64,000 nt of DNA from Bacteroidales bacterium (GTDB lineage: Bacteria; Bacteroidota; Bacteroidia; Bacteroidales; UBA3824): assembly GCA_017535325.1 (NCBI GenBank), contig JAFXUC010000133.1, forward strand, positions 33,377 through 97,376, written 5' to 3'. Shown piece by piece: positions 57,269 through 64,000 of this stretch (positions are counted from its first letter, which is position 1; every line of letters begins with the position of its first letter). Position numbers and translations under genes: made by a program. A model generated the notes under the pieces. The model did not search any database. It was not told the origin of the DNA and worked only from the letters and a program-made list of their open reading frames with translations.

Positions 57269-57757
57269 ATGGCAGAGAATGTTTTTTTGTCTTTGGGCAG
57301 CAATCTCGGCGACCGCCTTTTTTATCTTAATCAGGCGGTTGAAGAGTTGGAAGTTTGCGGCATAAAGTGCGTGAAAAAATCTCCCGTTTACGAGACTGAT
57401 TCCTGGGGTTATGACGATGAGCCGTATCTGAATCAGGTTTTGGAGTGTGAGACTTTTTTTACGCCCGAAAAACTGCTTGAAGAAACTTCAAAAATAGAAA
57501 CTCTTTTGGGGCGCAAACGGACTTCCGGCGGTTATGAGGCGCGGACAATCGATATTGATATTCTTTTTTGTGATAACGAAATTATTGATATTCCGCAACT
57601 TAAAGTTCCGCATCCAAAAATTGCTTTAAGGCGTTTTGTCTTAATTCCACTGTGTGATATTGCGCCGGATTTTTTGCATCCGGTGATTAGAAAAAAGGCA
57701 AAAGAACTTTTAAAAAATTGTACTGACACACTTAATGTAAAACTTTTTCAGAAATGA
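57269..57757 (+). CDS. folK: 2-amino-4-hydroxy-6-hydroxymethyldihydropteridine pyrophosphokinase (HPPK)
   Basis: 162 aa. FLSLGSNLGDR, RTIDIDIL, and PHP..ALRRFVL. Confidence 0.9.
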   Translation: MAENVFLSLGSNLGDRLFYLNQAVEELEVCGIKCVKKSPVYETDSWGYDDEPYLNQVLECETFFTPEKLLEETSKIETLLGRKRTSGGYEARTIDIDILFCDNEIIDIPQLKVPHPKIALRRFVLIPLCDIAPDFLHPVIRKKAKELLKNCTDTLNVKLFQK

Positions 57758-59685
57758 TTTCAATCAACAACGTAACGGTAACGTTTTCAGGCACTGACCT
57801 TTTTCAGGACATCAGTTTTGTAATCAACCCGAAAGACAGAATCGGTCTTACGGGAAAAAACGGCGCGGGAAAATCTACGCTTCTAAAAGTCATCACGGGA
57901 GAACAGCCTGTTGAAAGAGGCAGCGTTACTATTCCGGGCGGCGTTTCAATTGGTTATTTGCCGCAACAAATGGACCTCCCCGCCGGCAGAACGGTTATCG
58001 GTGAAACACTTACATGTTTTGAAGACAAGAAAAAATTGGAAGACGAAGTTAATAAACTTTCACTCGAAATAGCCGACAGAACAGATTATGAATCAAATGA
58101 TTATTTACAGTTGATAAACCGTTTAACAGAGGCTCAGGACAGACTTCAAATTTTGGAAAACGACCAAAACGAGGCTCAGGCAGAAGTCGTTTTGAAAGGT
58201 TTGGGTTTTCGTCAGAGCGATTTTAACAGAATGACTTCCGAATTTTCCGGCGGTTGGAAGATGAGGATTATTTTGGCGAAAGTCATTTTGAAAAAACCGT
58301 CTGTTTTCTTGCTTGACGAGCCGACAAATCACCTTGATATTGAGTCAATTCAGTGGTTGGAAGATTTTTTGAAGGATTATCCCGGAGCAGTTGTTTTGAT
58401 TTCTCACGACAGAAGTTTCTTGGACAACGTTACAAAACGCACCGTTGAAATTTCACTCGGAAAAATTTACGACTACAATGCGCCGTACACTAAGTATTTG
58501 GAACTCAGACAAGAGCGCCGCCGTCAACAAATTGCTGCTTACGAAAACCAGCAAAAAATCATTCAAGATACCGAAGATTTTATTGAGCGTTTCCGTTACA
58601 AACCCACAAAATCCAATCAGGTTCAATCGCGTATAAAAATGCTTGAAAAAATGGAACGATTGGAAGTCGATTTGGAAGATAATTCGTCGATACATTTTAA
58701 GTTTCCGCCTGCGCCGCGCTCAGGTCAAATCGTGGTGAAAGCCTCTAATTTTAAAAAGGCTTTTGGTGAAAAAGTGATTTTGGACGGTGTTGATTTTGAG
58801 TTGCAAAGGGGCGAAAAAGTGGCTTTTGTAGGACGAAACGGCGAAGGTAAAACCACGTTTTCGCGCTGCATTATCGGGCAGTTGCCGTTTGAAGGCGAAT
58901 TAAAACTCGGTTACAACGTTTCAATCGGTTATTATGCTCAAAATCAGGACGAACTTTTGGATATGGAAAAAACTGTATTTCAAACGCTTGACGATATTGC
59001 AACGGGCGATATGAGAACAAAAGTTCGGGATATTTTGGGCGCGTTTCTTTTTGGCGGCGAAGACATTGACAAAAAAGTAAAAGTGCTCTCCGGCGGCGAA
59101 AGGGCAAGACTCGAAATGGCAAAACTTCTTTTTCAACCGTATTCGCTTTTGGTACTTGACGAGCCGACTAACCATTTGGACATCAGAAGTAAAGATATTT
59201 TGAAGAAAGCACTTTTAGCGTATGACGGCACGCTGATTTTGGTTTCGCATGATAGGGATTTTCTTCACGGTTTGGCTGAAACTATTTACGAGTTCAAAGA
59301 CAAAAAAGTAAAGCAATACCGTGGCGACATAACTTATTTCTTGGAGAAACTAAAATTGGAAAATATGCGGCAATTTGAACTTCAAGGTAATAAACAACCC
59401 ACTAAACCTGAAACAGTTACGGCTTCGTCTTCTAAGCAGGATTATTTGCAGAAAAAGGAAAGGGAAAAGGTTTTGCGAAAACTAAAATCCGCCGTTGAAA
59501 AATCAGAGAAAAGAATAGCCGAACTTGAAGAAGATTTGTCTAACATCCATAAGAAATTAGAACTCCCTGAAAATCAGACTGATATGGATTTGTTTAAGCG
59601 TTACGACGAAGTAAAGGCAGCCTTAGATGAGGAAATGGAAGTTTGGGAAAAAGCAACCGAAGACTACGAGAAAGAAAACGCATAA
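57754..59685 (+). CDS. ABC-F family ATPase (two ABC domains plus a C-terminal coiled-coil extension)
   Basis: 643 aa. Two Walker A motifs (GKNGAGKST, GRNGEGKTT), two LSGG signatures, and no TM domains. ATGA overlap with folK. Confidence 0.9.
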   Translation: MISINNVTVTFSGTDLFQDISFVINPKDRIGLTGKNGAGKSTLLKVITGEQPVERGSVTIPGGVSIGYLPQQMDLPAGRTVIGETLTCFEDKKKLEDEVNKLSLEIADRTDYESNDYLQLINRLTEAQDRLQILENDQNEAQAEVVLKGLGFRQSDFNRMTSEFSGGWKMRIILAKVILKKPSVFLLDEPTNHLDIESIQWLEDFLKDYPGAVVLISHDRSFLDNVTKRTVEISLGKIYDYNAPYTKYLELRQERRRQQIAAYENQQKIIQDTEDFIERFRYKPTKSNQVQSRIKMLEKMERLEVDLEDNSSIHFKFPPAPRSGQIVVKASNFKKAFGEKVILDGVDFELQRGEKVAFVGRNGEGKTTFSRCIIGQLPFEGELKLGYNVSIGYYAQNQDELLDMEKTVFQTLDDIATGDMRTKVRDILGAFLFGGEDIDKKVKVLSGGERARLEMAKLLFQPYSLLVLDEPTNHLDIRSKDILKKALLAYDGTLILVSHDRDFLHGLAETIYEFKDKKVKQYRGDITYFLEKLKLENMRQFELQGNKQPTKPETVTASSSKQDYLQKKEREKVLRKLKSAVEKSEKRIAELEEDLSNIHKKLELPENQTDMDLFKRYDEVKAALDEEMEVWEKATEDYEKENA

Positions 59686-59694
59686 AAATAAAAG

Positions 59695-59720
59695 AGGCGG
59701 CAAAAGTAGCCGCCTTTTTT
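59695..59720. terminator. Bidirectional terminator between the ABC-F gene and trpS
   Basis: AGGCGGC-aaaagta-GCCGCCT followed by TTTTT. Confidence 0.8.
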
Positions 59721-59721
59721 G

Positions 59722-60717
59722 TTAATAATGTATTGCTCTGAATCCGAAAATCTCCCTGACTTCGCGGATTGTTTTTTGGGCTTGAACCCTTGCTTTTTCC
59801 GCGCCGATTCTTGCAACTTTGTCAAGATATTCGGTATCGTTGTAGATGTCGTTGATTTTTTCGCGAATTGGCGTTACAACCTTTATAATGTCTTCTGCCA
59901 ACTGTTTTTTCATGTCGCCGTAACGGATTGAGCAGTCGTTCCATGCGTTTTCAAAATGCTCTATCGTGGATTTGTCAGAAACAAGTTCCATAAGCGTAAA
60001 GAGGTTTTGGATAACCTCCGGCTTTTCTGAGTTCGGGACAGTCGGTCCTGAATCTGTAACGGCTTTCATTACTTTTTTCTTGATGTCCTTGTCGGAATCG
60101 ATGAGGTAAATGCCGTTGCCTTCGCTTTTGCCCATTTTGCCGGAGCCGTCAAGACCGGGAACTTTTACGAGTTTGTCACCGAAAGAAAAGGCTTTCGGCT
60201 CTTTGAAATACTCTACGCCGTAGATATTGTTGAAACGTCTTGCAAACTTACAAGTCATTTCAAGATGCTGCTCTTGATCTTTTCCAACGGGAACAAAATC
60301 TGCCTTTTGAATCAAAATGTCGCACGCCATCAATACGGCGTATGTCAAAAGTCCCGCATTTACATTGTCGGGGTTTTGACGCGCCTTGTCCTTGAAAGAG
60401 ACAACCCTTTCGAGTTCGCCGATGTAGGCATTCATGTTCATAAGCATATAAAACTCAGCCGTTTCTACAAGATCGCTTTGGACGTAAAGCGCAGATTTGT
60501 CGATGTCAAGTCCTGCTGCGATATACTGACTGAGGATTTTTCTTACGTTTTGCTGAATGTCAGCCGGATGCGGGTGTGTCGTAAGTGAGTGGTAGTCAGC
60601 CACAAAGAAAAAGCAGTTGTAATCGTCCTGCATTTTGACGAAATTTCTGAGTGCTCCGAAATAGTTTCCGAGATGAAGATCGCCTGTCGGTCTGATACCG
60701 CTTAAAACTGTTTGCAT
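59722..60717 (-). CDS. trpS: Tryptophan--tRNA ligase
   Basis: 331 aa. GIRPTGDLHLGNY (HIGH-type) and KMGKS (KMSKS). Confidence 0.95.
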   Translation of the reverse strand: MQTVLSGIRPTGDLHLGNYFGALRNFVKMQDDYNCFFFVADYHSLTTHPHPADIQQNVRKILSQYIAAGLDIDKSALYVQSDLVETAEFYMLMNMNAYIGELERVVSFKDKARQNPDNVNAGLLTYAVLMACDILIQKADFVPVGKDQEQHLEMTCKFARRFNNIYGVEYFKEPKAFSFGDKLVKVPGLDGSGKMGKSEGNGIYLIDSDKDIKKKVMKAVTDSGPTVPNSEKPEVIQNLFTLMELVSDKSTIEHFENAWNDCSIRYGDMKKQLAEDIIKVVTPIREKINDIYNDTEYLDKVARIGAEKARVQAQKTIREVREIFGFRAIHY

Positions 60718-60733
60718 AATTTACGTTTTTTGT

Positions 60734-61702
60734 TTAGAATTTGAATGTTAGACCGGCACCGATAACGTCCTTGAACTGCACTTTTGAATTGTAAGTCTCG
60801 TCGTCGATGGTTATTTCGATGTCCTCGTCGTAAATAAGTTCCGTTGTGATGTTGAACGCTAACCATTTGTTCAACTGCAAGGTTATGATGACGTTCCAGT
60901 CAACGTCCACTTCCTCAAAAGGATGACCGTCCTCATAGTTCTGGAAGAGGGTCAGGTTGGAGTTGAATGTCGCGTTTTTGCCGATTGAGTAAAGCGCGTT
61001 GGCCTTGAAATACCATCCGAACTCCGAGCGTGAGTGTTTGCCCGGATCAACACCGTACGCGCCTTTGTCGCCGAAGTAGGCAAGAACGTCGTCGTTGGAG
61101 ACTACCGTCGTTTTTCCGCACAGGGGCGAAAGGTAGAATGAAAGGTGTTCGTCAGGCTGACAGTCAATTCCGACAGCGTATGTCAGATAAAGCGGCGACC
61201 ACCAGTGAGAACTGAGGTGTTCTTCTTCTTCGCCTGCGTCGTTTTTGGTGTAAGTGTAACCGCTCGCAAACTGGCTTTTGTAGTCAAAAATCGCCGAATA
61301 ATAGAATTTTTTGCTGAAAGCGTAGCCGTATTTTGACGAAAACTGCAACTTGTCGTCCGTTTTTCTGAACTCGTCATAAAGGTCGTACATCTTTACCGTT
61401 GCGTACTGCGCCACAACAGCGTTTTGCCATGAGTGGTTGCCTTTTGCGTAATTCGCGTTGAAGTTTGCCAGAGTGTTGAAGCCGATTGACTGGTCTCCGC
61501 CCGCCGACCAGTTTTTAAGACCCGTGTGCGAGACGTTCAAAGAGAGCATTCCCGAAAATTTCCAGCATTTCGCGCTGTCAACCTCAACCTTTGCTTTTGA
61601 ATTTTTTGCAAGACCGGCAACGTCTTTTGCGACCTCGTCAGTCTGGGCGTTTGCAGCAGAAACAGCCGCCGCCAACGCTAAAATTAACAATGATTTTTTC
61701 AT
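60734..61702 (-). CDS. DUF3078-like outer-membrane beta-barrel protein
   Basis: Signal peptide, alternating beta-strand pattern, NWSAGGDQS block, and a terminal F. Confidence 0.65.
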   Translation of the reverse strand: MKKSLLILALAAAVSAANAQTDEVAKDVAGLAKNSKAKVEVDSAKCWKFSGMLSLNVSHTGLKNWSAGGDQSIGFNTLANFNANYAKGNHSWQNAVVAQYATVKMYDLYDEFRKTDDKLQFSSKYGYAFSKKFYYSAIFDYKSQFASGYTYTKNDAGEEEEHLSSHWWSPLYLTYAVGIDCQPDEHLSFYLSPLCGKTTVVSNDDVLAYFGDKGAYGVDPGKHSRSEFGWYFKANALYSIGKNATFNSNLTLFQNYEDGHPFEEVDVDWNVIITLQLNKWLAFNITTELIYDEDIEITIDDETYNSKVQFKDVIGAGLTFKF

Positions 61703-61727
61703 TTTTTTTTCTATCTTTGTTTTTTTA

Positions 61728-62243
61728 TTAAAATCTGTAATAGTCTTTCAGTTCTTTTGAATAATTTTTTTGATAAACGCCCCATTTTTCCTTGAAGTCT
61801 TTCACCGCCTGAATGTCGGGGTGTTTTTTCCAGTAATCCGTCAATGCCATAATGTTGACGGAATCTTTGCTGAGGCCTTCCGTGCCGCTCAAAACGGTTA
61901 TGGCGTTGTCAACGCATAAAAATTTCATTTTTTCATAATCCTTTTTGAAAAGCGGATAATAATAATCCAAAATTATTTTCTGGCCTTTCAAGCCGTCTTC
62001 TTCGCCGCTTGGGAAAAATTTTGCAACTTGAAGGTAATTGTATGCGGTCATAATTTTTTTAGAAGGCGGGGTTTCCGAAACTGCCGCGTCTTGGGGAATT
62101 TCCGTCTCAAAAATTTTCCCTGCCTTGTAAACAAGGTATTTTGGTATAAAGAAAAACAACAGTCCGACCAAAACTGCGGCATACAAAGCCCATTTTAAGA
62201 CGGAAGGTCTTTTTCTCTTGACGTTTCTGTTGTAATAAACCAT
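61728..62243 (-). CDS. Membrane-anchored hypothetical protein
   Basis: One TM helix (WALYAAVLVGLLFFFIP) with no recognised motif. The ATG at 62243 is preferred over the TTG at 62297. Confidence 0.45.
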   Translation of the reverse strand: MVYYNRNVKRKRPSVLKWALYAAVLVGLLFFFIPKYLVYKAGKIFETEIPQDAAVSETPPSKKIMTAYNYLQVAKFFPSGEEDGLKGQKIILDYYYPLFKKDYEKMKFLCVDNAITVLSGTEGLSKDSVNIMALTDYWKKHPDIQAVKDFKEKWGVYQKNYSKELKDYYRF

Positions 62244-62395
62244 AATAAAATCCGTTATTAACGCCGCAAAGTTAGCGATATTGGTTAAATTTTCCAAAAA
62301 ATATACAATAACTTAAAAAACGGGGCTCTATGTTAACTTTTTAATAAACCGTAAAAAATAGGCGAAAAAAATTTGGCGGTTAATAAAAAAGTTTC

Positions 62396-62403
62396 TACTT
62401 TTG
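62396..62403 (+). promoter_or_regulatory. -7 box TACTTTTG upstream of the tRNA
   Basis: TAnnTTTG, 20 nt upstream of tRNA position 1. Confidence 0.45.
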
Positions 62404-62423
62404 CAGCGTGAAACAAATGATAT

Positions 62424-62496
<73 letters not shown>

Positions 62497-62512
62497 CTAA
62501 AAAATCTTAAAA

Positions 62513-62543
62513 ATCCTGACCAATGAGGTCGGGATTTTTTTTT
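62513..62543 (+). terminator. Rho-independent terminator after the tRNA
   Basis: ATCCTGACC-aatga-GGTCGGGAT followed by T8. Confidence 0.8.
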
Positions 62544-62594
62544 CAGATATTTTTGTTATATATTTGCAACGGTTTGTTATAAATATTAAACGAT

Positions 62595-63440
62595 ATGGAA
62601 ATATTTTACGAAATTGCGCCGCTGAAAAAGAAATTGGCGGCTTTGAAATCCCAAAACAAAAAAATCGGTTTTGTTGCAACGATGGGCGCGTTGCACGCCG
62701 GTCATATTTCTCTTGTAGAGACTTCTAACAGAGAAAATGACGTTACCGTAGTAAGCATTTTTGTCAACCCCACGCAGTTCAACAATAAGGAAGACCTTGA
62801 AAAATATCCGAGAAACACCGAGGCGGACGCGCGTCTTCTGGAAGAAAACGAGTGCGACATCGCTTTTATCCCTTCCGTATCGGAGATGTATCCTGAGGAG
62901 GATACAAGAGTTTTTGAACTTGGCAGCGTAGCGGAGGTGATGGAAGGTAAATACCGTCCGGGTCATTTCAACGGCGTGTGCCAGATAGTAAGCAAACTTT
63001 TGGATATTGTAGAGCCCGATAATGCGTATTTCGGTCAGAAAGATTATCAGCAGATTGCCGTTGTAAAGGCGATGGTGAAAAAATATATGCCTAAATTCAA
63101 AGGCAACATCGTGCCGTGTCCTATTAAGAGGGAGGCTGACGGTCTTGCGCTCAGCAGCAGAAATTCTCATCTTAGTGATGAGCAGAGAAAATCGGCGTTG
63201 TTGATTTCAAAAACTTTGTTCAAGGTAAAAGATATGGCGGACAAGGGCGCAACCCAGAAAGAAATCACCGATTTTGTAAAAAAGAACATCGCTACCGACG
63301 CAAATCTCTGTCTTGAATACGTAGAGATTGCCGACAAGGACACATTACTGCCGATAAGCGGTGATTTGCCGGTTAACGCTGTGGTTTGCGTTACCGTTTA
63401 TGACGGTTCTACAAGGCTGATTGACAATATTTTGCTTTAA
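62595..63440 (+). CDS. panC: Pantoate--beta-alanine ligase
   Basis: 281 aa. MGALHAGH and [10 protein letters not shown] motifs. Confidence 0.95.
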   Translation: MEIFYEIAPLKKKLAALKSQNKKIGFVATMGALHAGHISLVETSNRENDVTVVSIFVNPTQFNNKEDLEKYPRNTEADARLLEENECDIAFIPSVSEMYPEEDTRVFELGSVAEVMEGKYRPGHFNGVCQIVSKLLDIVEPDNAYFGQKDYQQIAVVKAMVKKYMPKFKGNIVPCPIKREADGLALSSRNSHLSDEQRKSALLISKTLFKVKDMADKGATQKEITDFVKKNIATDANLCLEYVEIADKDTLLPISGDLPVNAVVCVTVYDGSTRLIDNILL

Positions 63441-63444
63441 CGAA

Positions 63445-63795
63445 ATGAATATAGAGGTTTTAAAATCGAAAATTCACCGCGTAAAAGTTACTCAGGCCGA
63501 CCTTCAATACATCGGCAGCATAACTATCGACGAGGCTTTGATGCAGGCGGCTAATCTTATTGAAAACGAGAAGGTTCAGGTTGTAAATATCAACAACGGT
63601 GAAAGGCTCGATACTTACGTTATAAAAGGGGAGAGAAATTCCGGCTGTATTTGCCTTAACGGTCCGGCGGCAAGAAAGGCTTCCGTAGGCGATTTGGTAA
63701 TTATTATGTCGTATGCTTCTATGGATTTTGAGGAGGCAAAAAGTTTTAAGCCGAAAGTAATATTCCCCGACAGCAATACGAACAGACTTTTGTAA
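63445..63795 (+). CDS. panD: Aspartate 1-decarboxylase
   Basis: [29 protein letters not shown] contains the G-S self-cleavage site. The ATG at 63445 is preferred. Confidence 0.95.
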   Translation: MNIEVLKSKIHRVKVTQADLQYIGSITIDEALMQAANLIENEKVQVVNINNGERLDTYVIKGERNSGCICLNGPAARKASVGDLVIIMSYASMDFEEAKSFKPKVIFPDSNTNRLL

Positions 63796-63807
63796 AAAAC
63801 AACAGAT

Positions 63808-64000
63808 ATGGCGAAGCAGAAAAAAGAAAAAGATAAGGAAAAAGACAAGTATAAAGTGGTTTTGTACAACGAAAGCACGTTGCAGGAGATTTATTCTTTC
63901 AGCATTCTGCCTCTTAATTTCCTTGCTTATTTAGGTGTTGCATTTATTGTAATTGTTATGACAGCCGTGTTGGTGTTGATGTATTCGCCGCTCAACGGAC
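63808..64000 (+). CDS. N-terminal part of a membrane-anchored protein (possibly M23-type peptidase), truncated by the window edge
   Basis: Own translation: MAKQKKEKDKEKDKYKVVLYNESTLQEIYSFSILPLNFLAYLGVAFIVIVMTAVLVLMYSPLNG. The function guess rests only on N-terminal architecture. Confidence 0.4.
   Translation, partial: MAKQKKEKDKEKDKYKVVLYNESTLQEIYSFSILPLNFLAYLGVAFIVIVMTAVLVLMYSPLNG

Overview
This 64-kb chromosomal segment comes from a Bacteroidota genome. Supporting signs are the many TAnnTTTG -7 promoter boxes upstream of starts, gldL-gldM-gldN (T9SS core), a T9SS type-B C-terminal-domain cargo protein, a FeoA-FeoB fusion, a DUF3078 barrel and Bacteroidales-style orphan AAA ATPases. About 90% of the window is ordinary housekeeping. 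It includes gmd/fcl, nnr, radA, metK, hrpB, accA, dnaB, ahcY, upp, the yceD-rpmF-fabH-accB-accC cluster, hom, ftsX, fabG, feoAB, folK, an ABC-F ATPase, trpS, an initiator tRNA, and panC/panD. The one clear accessory region is about 24.0-30.3 kb. It holds an AT-rich C-R-M type II restriction-modification operon, a start-less C-terminal remnant of an MmeI/PglX-like methyltransferase, and a 33-bp tandem repeat with a variable core. It also holds a tightly coupled small-ORF + vWA-domain gene pair of unknown function and a divergent, probably 3'-truncated adenylosuccinate-synthetase-family (PurA/PurZ-like) ORF. No integrase or transposase lies at its edges. Other points worth a second look: a family of five palindromic elements (TTATTYCGCC-N25-26-GGCGRAATAA) in two tandem clusters; a long structured metK leader with S-box-like sequence blocks; gldLMN without an adjacent gldK; a 1418-aa glycogen-synthase/alpha-glucan-phosphorylase fusion; and a Tat-signal iron-sulfur-flavoprotein-like gene next to feoAB. 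I found no rRNA, CRISPR array, prophage or IS element. All functional calls rest on my recognition of motifs in the translated ORFs. No database search was possible, so family names are recollections and coordinates of small elements were counted by hand.
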